DNA of 64,000 nucleotides from Syntrophorhabdaceae bacterium (GTDB lineage Bacteria; Desulfobacterota; Syntrophorhabdia; Syntrophorhabdales; Syntrophorhabdaceae), in assembly GCA_036504895.1 (NCBI GenBank), contig DASXUJ010000088.1, forward strand, positions 85,296-149,295, written 5' to 3'. The position numbers were made by a program, and so were the translations under genes. Position 1 is the stretch's first letter. Every line of letters begins with the position of its first letter. The notes under the pieces were generated by a model, which ran no database searches, had not been told where the DNA came from, and worked only from the letters and a program-made list of their open reading frames with translations. Below, piece by piece: positions 19,480 through 28,305 of this stretch.

Positions 19480-20370
19480 TTAAAGCAGCACCTCTTCCTT
19501 CCACCCTGTTTTCACGAGCTCTATTTTATTGAGGTCGGAGGTGCCGAGCTTATATTTCTTGTCTGCCACGGTGATGTGGACCGGTGCGGTATCGAGGGAT
19601 CTGTCTTCGCCGAAATGGGCGACCCTCTTTCGCCTCAAAAGCTCGGCGCCTATGGCGTCGACCGCCACCGGGTCGGTGCCCACGATGATCCCCTTATAGG
19701 GCCACACGTAGCGCCTGTCGAAAAAATTAGCGCCCCGGCCGTAAAATTGGGGGGTCAAGGCTACGAGTATGTTGAGGCGGGTTTTCCCTTTGACAGGGGC
19801 AAGGGTCCAGATCTTCCCCAAGTCCGCGCACCCGTCCGGATGATACTCCGACGGCACAGGGGTAAACATGATGTAATTCTTGAGGCACGTGCCCACACCC
19901 GACCAATGGTGGGTCCTGACGGGGCGGACATTGACGAGCGCCGTGGCATCGACGAAGAGAGGATTGGTCCGTACGCCCCTGTCGTCTATGCCGATAAGGG
20001 CTTCGGCCACTCCCGCATCCATAATCCGACGTTTTAAGGCCTGCTCCATTTCTTTCGGAGTCGAAAGGTGGCGCCATGCGTTGGTCTTGATGCCTACCCG
20101 GTCATCTTTTTTGAAGAGGCTCTTCCAGCCGTCCATCGGCGTCTTTTGGTCTGCCACGAGCCGAACCGCCTCGTCGAGCATGGCCTGAAGCACCCCCGCC
20201 TGGATATCGCCGTCGGGGCCCAGAACCCTCTCATCCCTTATGAGGACCACCTTCGACCGCGCCTGGGCCTTTGCCGAATGAGGCAAAACGGGTGTTATGG
20301 CTGCTCCCAGCACCACGCCTGCGGTTCCTCTAAGAAAATCACGACGGGTAATCATCCCGGTCTTTTTCAT
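19480..20370 (-). CDS. Tat-exported DUF362-family protein
   Basis: Twin-arginine signal MITRRDFLRGTAGVVLGAA..AKA, then KVVLIRDERVL...RVGIKTN, which resembles DUF362. Confidence 0.65.
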   Translation of the reverse strand: MKKTGMITRRDFLRGTAGVVLGAAITPVLPHSAKAQARSKVVLIRDERVLGPDGDIQAGVLQAMLDEAVRLVADQKTPMDGWKSLFKKDDRVGIKTNAWRHLSTPKEMEQALKRRIMDAGVAEALIGIDDRGVRTNPLFVDATALVNVRPVRTHHWSGVGTCLKNYIMFTPVPSEYHPDGCADLGKIWTLAPVKGKTRLNILVALTPQFYGRGANFFDRRYVWPYKGIIVGTDPVAVDAIGAELLRRKRVAHFGEDRSLDTAPVHITVADKKYKLGTSDLNKIELVKTGWKEEVLL

Positions 20371-20379
20371 ATTCCCTCC

Positions 20380-21318
20380 TTACGGCACCTTCGCCAGTGC
20401 CGTCTCTACTATTTTCGATCCGTATTTTTCATCGGGGGCATCGAAGGCAATGGCCACATAGACGCCCCGCTTCTCCGCAACCGTCCATTTTCCGTCTTCC
20501 GTCTTCACCGATGATTTGCCTTTTGCGTCGGGCATATAAGATTTGACGAAAGAGTCGAATGCGATGTTCGCCCGCTCCCCGGTCGGATAGCTGACAAGCA
20601 GGAAGTGCATCTTCTGATTGCCGGCGCCGTACCTCCCCAAGGCCGCCTCCACGTCACCGCCCAGATTGAGGATATTCGCATGGGCAATGAAAAAACGCTG
20701 ATTGAGGAGGATGTGGCTGTGGAGAAACCATGTATGGGTTTTGGCAAGAGGGCTTTTGCCGGAAGGCAGGAGGCCCAGGATCGAGGGGGGTTTACCTGTT
20801 CGGGTAATGGCCGATGCGATATGACGCCCCATGGCCAGGGTCGCCTTCTCCACGTCGTCTCCTGCCCCATCCCCATAGACGCTCACAAAATAGGGACCTT
20901 TCCAGAACCTGAGGAGACCTCCCCCGAATTCGGAGCCCTGGCCGATATGGCCGCCGGGGTCGTCGCTCTCGAAGGTGAAGAGCCCATAGGCATCTTCCGG
21001 CGAGGCCATGGTATAAATTTCCGCCACGATATCGGGCCGCTTCGCATGACCGTAGCGCACCACCGTGAGACCCTTCATGTTATAGGCGATGAACAGCTCG
21101 GCCGCGCCGTTCATATATGTATAGGCCGTGGTCGGCGTGTAACCGATCGGGCCCTCCGTGATCTTCCAGTCTTCCATCTTCGAAGGCCATAGTTGACTTC
21201 CTTCCACCACCGCCCCCTTTTCGGCACATGCAGTTCGCTCAGGGAACCACCCTGACAATAAGAGAAAAAGACAGGCTGCGCCGATTGCCATACACCGAGC
21301 TTTTGTCATATATTCCAT
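20380..21318 (-). CDS. Secreted hypothetical protein (312 aa)
   Basis: Signal peptide, GGAGGA RBS, and a stop 9 nt upstream of the DUF362 start. Family not confidently recognised. Confidence 0.6.
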   Translation of the reverse strand: MEYMTKARCMAIGAACLFLLLSGWFPERTACAEKGAVVEGSQLWPSKMEDWKITEGPIGYTPTTAYTYMNGAAELFIAYNMKGLTVVRYGHAKRPDIVAEIYTMASPEDAYGLFTFESDDPGGHIGQGSEFGGGLLRFWKGPYFVSVYGDGAGDDVEKATLAMGRHIASAITRTGKPPSILGLLPSGKSPLAKTHTWFLHSHILLNQRFFIAHANILNLGGDVEAALGRYGAGNQKMHFLLVSYPTGERANIAFDSFVKSYMPDAKGKSSVKTEDGKWTVAEKRGVYVAIAFDAPDEKYGSKIVETALAKVP

Positions 21319-21387
21319 GCTGTTGGAATCCTCCGGTTAATCTATCATACTTCCGTGCCCGTTTAAATCGAATCCGGGGCACATAAA

Positions 21388-22265
21388 CTATGTATCATGG
21401 CGAAGAAGGAATTCGTCCACGGCCTTCATATAAGCCTCCGGCTGTTCCAGATGGTGCATATGGGAGGCCTCTTCGAAAATAATCATCTCCGAGCCGGGAA
21501 GCATGTCGCGATAGTATTCCATGGTAGCGGGCGCCGCCTCGTCATATCGACCGGCGGTGAAGAGGACGGGCACGGTGATCTCCTTAAGCTCGGCGGTCCG
21601 GTCGTACTCCTTGAGCGTGCCGGTGAGCGTGAATTCACTTGGACCCCACATATACTCGTAGACAAAGTGTCCGAATTTCGAGAAGGTCCTTTTCATGCTT
21701 TCCGGCCATGGGTCAAGGCGGCATACATGAGTTCTGTAATAGACTTCATGGCGTCCTGGTAGGCCTGGGACGCGAACTCCCCTGTTGCCTCGCTCCGGTT
21801 GATGATCCTCCGGAGAGAGTCGGGGAAGGCTGAAAGGTATTGCCTCTGGTCGGTGATAAAACGTTGCGCCGAAAGGCAGGGACCGGAAAAGACGAGGCTC
21901 GCCACCCCTTCGGGCTTTCGGGTAAGCATATACTCCACAACGAGCATAGAGCCCCATGACTGGCCTAGAATATGGAGCCTTGTGAGCCCCAGGGCCTTCC
22001 GGAGAAGGGAGAGCTCCTCCACGAAACGGGAAAGGGTGAAGAGCGACAGATCCTCCGGCGTCTCCGAATTCCCACAGCCGAGCTGATCGTAGAATATGAC
22101 CGGACGCTTGGCTGATAAGGCCTCCAGGGATTCCAGATAGTCGTGGGGAGCACCGGGCCCGCCATGGACAACGAGGAGGGGGAGCGAAGAGGCACTCGCC
22201 CCTGCTATCCTAAACCAGACCTTGCCTCCGGGTACCTTTATAAAGCCTTCTTCCATTATTTTCAT
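21388..22265 (-). pseudogene. Proline iminopeptidase (alpha/beta hydrolase), frameshifted as assembled
   Basis: The N-terminal 190-aa ORF (..VVHGGPGAPHDY..GQSWGS..) and the C-terminal part of the 189-aa ORF (..YYRTHVCRLDPWPE...EEASHMHHLEQPE) lie in different frames. The span is 878 nt (3n+2). The junction is near 21741-21752. Confidence 0.8.
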
Positions 22266-22432
22266 TTCTTCATCTTCCTCGAGACTCGCGATTCAACCGG
22301 CCGCCATGCCATATATTATAGCAGAGAAGCGGGGTTTCTCCCATTGAACGCGCTTTTGCAGCCTTGACAATGGGACGCGCGGATTCACATTATAATAGAA
22401 GGTACAGATTCTCGGGGGATAAGATAATCGGA

Positions 22433-22984
22433 ATGAAAAGGTCAGTTTATTCAGCGGTGTGTGCACTGCTCTTCATCGGTGCGTCGTCATGCTCCTCAAC
22501 CTTCACCGCCTACAGGGCGGATATGTTCCAGGGCATGAACTTTCTGGAGCAGCAGGAATATGCCCGCGCCCTCGCCTCATTCGAAAAGGCCGCGGCTGAG
22601 CAGCCTGACGCAGGCTCCCTCGCATATGCGGCAACCGCCAGTTACAAGGCAGGCGACCTGGCCCGTGCCGAAGGGTACATAAACCAGGCGGACACGCTGG
22701 AGAGAAAAGGGTTTTTTGCCTTGCGCATCGCGGGATACAAGACCCTGGTGCTCTTTGCAAAAAACGAAAAAGCCGCCGGTTTCGAAGCACTTAAAGATTA
22801 TATCGAGCTCTACAGCCACCTCTACCCCTTAAGGACCATCAGCATGGAGCAGGAAATGCTCGAGAAAGGAAAGGTCGAGCTCGTGCTGCTGGAAGTCCTT
22901 GTCGATGACCAGGCCACAAAATACGAGGATGAGGTGGGGCAATGGAAGAAGACCCTGACGGGATTCCGCGAACGGGCTCCCTGA
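22433..22984 (+). CDS. TPR-like lipoprotein
   Basis: MKRSVYSAVCALLFIGASSC gives a lipobox-like signal. It is followed by helical repeats (EYARALASFEKAAAEQP.., YKAGDLARAEGYINQA). Confidence 0.6.
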   Translation: MKRSVYSAVCALLFIGASSCSSTFTAYRADMFQGMNFLEQQEYARALASFEKAAAEQPDAGSLAYAATASYKAGDLARAEGYINQADTLERKGFFALRIAGYKTLVLFAKNEKAAGFEALKDYIELYSHLYPLRTISMEQEMLEKGKVELVLLEVLVDDQATKYEDEVGQWKKTLTGFRERAP

Positions 22985-23116
22985 ACTGCCCGGTCTGCGC
23001 CGCCTTTGACTTCCTGATTTTTTTTAACTCTGATTGACCGGCTACAAATCCTTTAAAATAAGTTAGAATGTCGTCGGGAACTATTCATCTCATCAATCAC
23101 GGGAGGAAAAGGGGAA

Positions 23117-23632
23117 ATGACGCGACTCGATGCATATATGGAGCAGGCGATCGGTAAAGGGGCGAAGGAGGCGAAGGTTATCAATCCGTCGACAGTATTT
23201 ACCGCGCCCTGGGTGCGCATGAAGTGCAGGTTCGGCTGCCCCATGCACGGCAAAGGACTCTGCTGCCCTCCTTTCACGCCCACCTGGGTTGAGACGCGGG
23301 CCGTCCTCGATTCATACGAACAGGCCATACTTCTCCACCGCCAGGGCACGAGCGGCTTAGACAAGGCTTTTAATGAAACCCTGGTGGACCTGGAAAGAAC
23401 CCTTTTTCTCGACGGCTTCTACAAGGCCCTTGCCCTTGGAAGCGGCCCGTGCAGGATATGCAACGAGTGCGACCCCACGGGAAGCTGCAAAAACCCGATG
23501 AAGGCCCGCCCCTCGATGGAAAGCTGCGGGATAGACGTATTCAGGACTGCCCGGGAGAATGGCTTCCCCATCCAGACGGTCCGGGTGAAAGGGGATGAGA
23601 AAAACCTTTACGGCCTTCTCCTGGTGGAGTAG
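23117..23632 (+). CDS. DUF2284-family metal-binding protein
   Basis: Cys-rich blocks ..RMKCRFGCPMHGKGLCCPPF.. and ..CRICNECDP..SCGIDVF.. are typical of DUF2284. Confidence 0.7.
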   Translation: MTRLDAYMEQAIGKGAKEAKVINPSTVFTAPWVRMKCRFGCPMHGKGLCCPPFTPTWVETRAVLDSYEQAILLHRQGTSGLDKAFNETLVDLERTLFLDGFYKALALGSGPCRICNECDPTGSCKNPMKARPSMESCGIDVFRTARENGFPIQTVRVKGDEKNLYGLLLVE

Positions 23633-23692
23633 CCGGCGAGCTTTTCTCATGCAGGAGGCCCTTGGAAGGCCCCCTGCCGCTACGAGAGGCAC

Positions 23693-24151
23693 CTACTTAT
23701 AGACGCCGCACCCCACATAGTAGTCTGCACCTTCGACCTTTTTGATCCAGGTTATTTTGGCCTGCACCTTTTTCGTCGCAGGATTGGTCCACGAATATTC
23801 CACCCATCCGCCCCCCTTTGCCGCGGCCACGTCAGTCATCTCCTTAAAGAAGAGCTTATTGGCGGAGTCCCTGAGCCCCAGGAGGTTCTTTCCCGCAAGC
23901 TGGGGGCTTGCCCCGTTCGCCAGGCACGTGCCGTTTAAGTCATTGGCGAAGATATACAGATCACCCTTGACGAATTGGCCGCCGGGGTTATTGAACTCCG
24001 CCACGGCCTTCTCCTTTCCATTCGCCTTCGCGAAGGCAGCCGCCTTTTCCGCAAATATTTTCGCTTCCTCCTGTGAGGCTGCCCCGGCCGCACAGACCAT
24101 CCCCAGTGCCGCAACCAACACGCATAGGTGAAAAAACAGGTTCTTCTTCAT
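23693..24151 (-). CDS. Secreted stand-alone single-Cache (sCache_2-like) ligand-binding domain protein
   Basis: Signal peptide, then ..GDLYIFANDLNGTCLANGASPQLAGKNLLGLRD..GGGWVEYSWTNPAT..YYVGCGVY, which follows the Cache pattern. Confidence 0.7.
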   Translation of the reverse strand: MKKNLFFHLCVLVAALGMVCAAGAASQEEAKIFAEKAAAFAKANGKEKAVAEFNNPGGQFVKGDLYIFANDLNGTCLANGASPQLAGKNLLGLRDSANKLFFKEMTDVAAAKGGGWVEYSWTNPATKKVQAKITWIKKVEGADYYVGCGVYK

Positions 24152-24391
24152 ATATAACCCTCCCTTATAGATTTGCAGAAAAGCCCGTGACCGGGCCTTG
24201 CCGCATAATAAGCAGGTTAAGGAAAAGTCTTTTCGAATCGTAAAAAAAATTATGAAGCGCTATTTTTGAAAAAACCAGACTTCACCGTGCCCCCACAATG
24301 ACGGTTACCGGTCCGCTTAAAAGATAATCTTTCCTGTATTATCAAGGATCAGCGGATCGTGTGGCCCCGTCGTCCGGCTTATATTGTCCTG

Positions 24392-24411
24392 ATATATTGT
24401 ATACAATATAT
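24392..24411. promoter_or_regulatory. Perfect 20-bp palindrome ATATATTGTATACAATATAT
   Basis: Self-complementary over all 20 positions. A further TATATTGT half-site is at 24380-24387. It sits in the 408-bp spacer between the acnX operon end and the Cache gene start. Confidence 0.5.
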
Positions 24412-24500
24412 ATCGGCGGAAATGTCAAAAAGTAAAGGAAAATTCGTAAGAATTGTCGCAGGAGGTATTACACGAAAAGCTTAGGAGCAGATAAACCGAC

Positions 24501-24537
24501 CCCGCGCGGTGAGGCTTCCCCTCTTTATCCGCGCGGG
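24501..24537 (-). terminator. Hairpin CCCGCGCGG-N19-CCGCGCGGG downstream of the acnX small-subunit gene
   Basis: 9-bp perfect GC stem starting 23 nt after the stop at 24560. The downstream tract on the minus strand is only moderately U-rich. Confidence 0.4.
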
Positions 24538-24559
24538 AACTTACCTCACGATCCCTGCC

Positions 24560-25072
24560 CTACGCCCGGACCACCTCGATCCAACCTTCGTTCCCATTAA
24601 TGGTGACCATATCTCCCGTACGGATCATCTCGAGAGGGTTCTTCTCAAGGAGATGGATCATGGGTGTATTCGTAATCACCGCGCTGCAGGTGACGATCCC
24701 TTCGGCTTTTACGTTGATGAGGCCTATGGGCGCCTTGCCTTTTTTATAGGCAACCCAGAATTGCCACGATCCCGTGGTCGATCCCTTGCCCTGAGGGAAG
24801 ACGAGTATCTTTCCCGCCACGCTCTGTCCCAAAAGGACATGGCCCTTTTCCCGGATTACCCCTGTCTGGGGGTTCATGCCGCCGGTAAAGGAGATGGGCA
24901 TGGAAGAGACAAGGGCTTCACCCTTCACCACCCCCGGCACTATGGCCTTACCTTTTATCCTTATCACGGAGCCCGACTGAGCTGCCGCCTCGTTAAGACC
25001 GGACATGACCATACCCGAGGCGACGAGGGTGACGCCTGCCGTTTTCAAGAATTCTCTTCTTGTAGTTGCCAT
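24560..25072 (-). CDS. Aconitase X swivel-domain small subunit (DUF126) with N-terminal Tat signal
   Basis: MATTRREFLKTAGVTLVASGMVMSGLNEAAA-Q, then ..GEALVSSMPISFTGGMNPQTG..GKILVFPQGKGSTTGS.. (DUF126 pattern). AAGGTGA RBS before the ATG at 25072. Confidence 0.8.
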   Translation of the reverse strand: MATTRREFLKTAGVTLVASGMVMSGLNEAAAQSGSVIRIKGKAIVPGVVKGEALVSSMPISFTGGMNPQTGVIREKGHVLLGQSVAGKILVFPQGKGSTTGSWQFWVAYKKGKAPIGLINVKAEGIVTCSAVITNTPMIHLLEKNPLEMIRTGDMVTINGNEGWIEVVRA

Positions 25073-25095
25073 GATTTCACCTTTATCCTTATTCT

Positions 25096-26355
25096 CTATA
25101 TCCGTCCCTGCCATTTGCCCGCGATCGCCGAGTTAATGCACTCTTCAGTAGTGCCGAACCAGGTGCCCATGCCCCACAGGTTGGTCGCGTAGTAGCTGCC
25201 CCGCACCGAGTTTATGGCCATGGTCTTGATGCCCCGCTCCTTCAGATAGATGAAGGGGCCATCGCCGGCGCCCACGTCGGCTACGATCCTGCCGCCTGCC
25301 GCTTTTATCTTCTCTTCGTAGCCCATTCTTTTACAGAGGGTCTTTACCCAGTTGGAGGTGCAGAACCAAAGCTCCGTGCCGGCCGCGACCTTCTTCCCTT
25401 CCAATAACGCGACGGCCTGGGTCATCTCCTGAATGCTGCACTGAGGACATCCGAAGATCACGAGGTCTACCTTGTCCGTTTTCGCGCTGGATGCCTCTTT
25501 GTATCCCTGGCGTACATCCTCTTCACTGATGGAGATAACCTCGAGGCCTTTCGCGCTGCCCTGGCACGCCGCTTCCAGGGTGGGCGCTTCAGGCGTGATG
25601 CCCACCAGGTGGATCATGGGCATGGCGCCCGTGGTCGTAAGGCTGTAGAAGAGGGCCCTGATGTTCTCGAAGGGCATGTACTCCGGGGGCAGATCGATAA
25701 AGACGGGGATCCTGGGACCGATGATCTTACCCATCTTATAGCCCATGGCCTGCCACTGGGCATAATCGAACTTCGAAAGAGGGAGATTTTTCGTGCTTAC
25801 AAGGACCTGTCCTTTTCTGTTTTCCGTCAGATGGAGACCCATCTCCGGGATCACTCCCGTCACCCCCGCGGAAATGACCACATGGTCGCCGTCACGGTTC
25901 GACCGCGCCCCTATCACGGAATTCGCGTAACAGAGGCTTCCCGAGGATGCCCAGGCGATATGGTCCCCGAAGCGCGGCACGTTGCCTACAAGGTAGTGGT
26001 GGCACGTATAGGTAAGGGTCACGCCGAGGGCCTTCAGTGCGGAATTCATCCTGTTCTGGATCATTTGGATCCTTACGGGCACTCCCAGCTCCTCGGGGTT
26101 GTCAAAATCATACATCTCCGGATTTTTCGTGGTATAGATCTGCAGCTTCGCCCCATCCCGGACGATCTCTTCGACCCACGCAATGCCTTCGTCCTCCATG
26201 ACCGCGTAATTTCCCGCAATATGGCCGCTCACGATGGGGACCATGCGCTTTGCGCCCGCCACCTCACCCATGGCAACAAGAAGCTGCATGCATTTCTGAG
26301 CGCCCTTCCCCTCCTTGCCCGCTAAACACCCCTGCTCTCTCTTTGTAAGCTCCAT
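25096..26355 (-). CDS. Aconitase X catalytic large subunit (DUF521)
   Basis: 419 aa; MELTKREQGCLAGKEGKGAQKCMQLLVAMGEV...VSGHIAG.. is typical of DUF521/AcnX. AAGGAGG RBS. No signal peptide. Confidence 0.8.
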   Translation of the reverse strand: MELTKREQGCLAGKEGKGAQKCMQLLVAMGEVAGAKRMVPIVSGHIAGNYAVMEDEGIAWVEEIVRDGAKLQIYTTKNPEMYDFDNPEELGVPVRIQMIQNRMNSALKALGVTLTYTCHHYLVGNVPRFGDHIAWASSGSLCYANSVIGARSNRDGDHVVISAGVTGVIPEMGLHLTENRKGQVLVSTKNLPLSKFDYAQWQAMGYKMGKIIGPRIPVFIDLPPEYMPFENIRALFYSLTTTGAMPMIHLVGITPEAPTLEAACQGSAKGLEVISISEEDVRQGYKEASSAKTDKVDLVIFGCPQCSIQEMTQAVALLEGKKVAAGTELWFCTSNWVKTLCKRMGYEEKIKAAGGRIVADVGAGDGPFIYLKERGIKTMAINSVRGSYYATNLWGMGTWFGTTEECINSAIAGKWQGRI

Positions 26356-26624
26356 GGTTCCTCCTTACGAGCGGTCTTTCACTTTTTTCTGCATTGTGGG
26401 GAGCATGTTCTGAATTGGGAACATTATATCCAATGGTATCCGACGAATCAAAAGGTGTCAAGACAAAAAACCGACCTGACGGAATGGCGGGATATGGACG
26501 GCAAGGAACAGGTGGCCACGAGGGAAAATCTTCGGGGTCAGGCGCAGTTCCCGAAGCAGTGCGGCCGCCATTTGGAGGGACGAAGCTTAATGTGGTAGAA
26601 TGGTTGCCCCAGTACAGGAGGACC

Positions 26625-27836
26625 ATGGCAGACTTTGATATTCAGTTCAAGCAGGCGGATGATTCTTTCAGCCGCGGCGAATACAGGCGGTGCGTGAAGC
26701 AGTGCGCCGCAACGATGAAAGCGTTCATGTTGGAGGCATTTTTCAGGCATTTCGGGAAAAACGCGGGGAAAGACCCCGTGGTAAAGGAGCACCTGTTGTC
26801 ATGCGGAAAAAGCTCCGTCGACTACATGGCCCTTGCCGAATTGGTTGACCTTTGCCGGAAGAAGGGGATGTTCCCTCTCTATGTCGATCCCGTCAGAACA
26901 GTCCGGGTAGATGTGCCGGACCTCCGGCGGGCGGTAAAGATAGAGAACGGATCGGCTCAGGCGACAACGGCGGATCGGGAAGCGAAAGATAATGCCCGCG
27001 CAATCCTTGAGATCCTTTCCAGGCTGCTGAATATCCCCGCCGCCGCATCACGGGCCGGGGCGGACAGGCAAAATGCACCGGGGGCTGCAGGGTGCACGGC
27101 ACAAATAGAGACCTCCCCATCCGCTGCTTCCGGCGCCGATGTGAGAAAGCCGAGACGAATCATCCCGGGGGCGCGGCGCACCGAGACTATCGTTCGGCAC
27201 ACAAAGAAGGATTTCCCGCAGGAAACCACCATGGTCGTCTACCGGAACAGGCAGTCGGGGAGGTCTTTCCTTCATATTGAAGACGTGGGAGAAGACCAGG
27301 CCCGTTTCGTAAGCCCTTACGGAGACATAAGGCTCCTATCTCTCAACCTGTTCGAAGAACCCGAAAAGATCGAAAAAACGTCTCTCTTATCGGAGAATTT
27401 GATCACCACGGACCAGGTAAACGCCTTCGTTGAGACCACCCAAACCCCCCAGGGAATCGGAACCGCCACATGGTATAACCCGACCGCGCCGGCCGCTGCT
27501 TCTCCCCATCAATCCCCATTCATCAAAAGAATGGCCCCGAACGATCTCGTCCCCCATGTAGTCGCCGTTCTTTCAAAACACGGCGGTCAGGCGAAACAAG
27601 CCCAGATAGTGGAAGAGGTCTTCGAATTCTTCAAGAACATCTTTCAGGAGCCTTTTTACCAGGAGCTTACGTCGCCGGGAGTTCCGAAATGGAAATATTA
27701 CATAATAGCCGCCAGGAAGCTCGCAGAAGAACAGGACCTCATCGAACCGTCGCCAGGCCCGGGCCGCGGCTGGGAACTCACTCCGAAAGGGGCCAAGGGG
27801 CCGTCCGCAAAGAAGCAAAGAAGTGTCGGGCGCTGA
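26625..27836 (+). CDS. Hypothetical protein with C-terminal Mrr_N-like winged helix
   Basis: ACAGGAGG RBS. The C-terminus ..LVPHVVAVLSKHGGQAKQAQIVEEVFEFFKN...YYIIAARKLAEEQDLIEPSPGPGRGWELTPKG resembles Mrr_N-type wHTH domains. The N-terminus is helical and the middle is low-complexity. Confidence 0.6.
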   Translation: MADFDIQFKQADDSFSRGEYRRCVKQCAATMKAFMLEAFFRHFGKNAGKDPVVKEHLLSCGKSSVDYMALAELVDLCRKKGMFPLYVDPVRTVRVDVPDLRRAVKIENGSAQATTADREAKDNARAILEILSRLLNIPAAASRAGADRQNAPGAAGCTAQIETSPSAASGADVRKPRRIIPGARRTETIVRHTKKDFPQETTMVVYRNRQSGRSFLHIEDVGEDQARFVSPYGDIRLLSLNLFEEPEKIEKTSLLSENLITTDQVNAFVETTQTPQGIGTATWYNPTAPAAASPHQSPFIKRMAPNDLVPHVVAVLSKHGGQAKQAQIVEEVFEFFKNIFQEPFYQELTSPGVPKWKYYIIAARKLAEEQDLIEPSPGPGRGWELTPKGAKGPSAKKQRSVGR

Positions 27837-27875
27837 AAGCCACCCGCCCGGGCCCTGAATATCAACCTCTACGGC

Positions 27876-28181
27876 CTATTCGATAACCGTTCCTTTGCCC
27901 GTCTTCCGGTATTCGAGCTCTTCGTGGCTGACGAGCGCCGTTCTGCCCTGACCGTCGGGTCGTAATCCGTGAAGGTTGCACCAATCGGTAAATGTTTCCG
28001 GATTGATGTCTATGCGTAGGGCGATATTGCCGATGCGCTTGATCTCTTCCAATTCTCTTTTGACAATGGCTTTCCAGTCTTCATACTTGGCGGGCATGTT
28101 CCTGGAGTCAACAAAGATCTCAAGCGCCCTGCGGTATGTCGATTCATCTTTGTACCAGGCAATTCCTATGACGTCGTTCAT
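27876..28181 (-). CDS. Hypothetical protein (101 aa)
   Basis: ORF starting MNDVIGIAWYKDESTYRRALEIF.. No family recognised. The start was chosen at an internal ATG. Confidence 0.4.
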   Translation of the reverse strand: MNDVIGIAWYKDESTYRRALEIFVDSRNMPAKYEDWKAIVKRELEEIKRIGNIALRIDINPETFTDWCNLHGLRPDGQGRTALVSHEELEYRKTGKGTVIE

Positions 28182-28305
28182 TCTGACCCTTCCTTTCGTC
28201 TTTGTCGTAATATTAGGGTAAGTCTGTTTTTCACATATGTCTACGAGGAGCATGAAACAATTCCTCCCCTCGTCCCGCTGCCCACGTCCATCAACGCCGC
28301 CGGAG

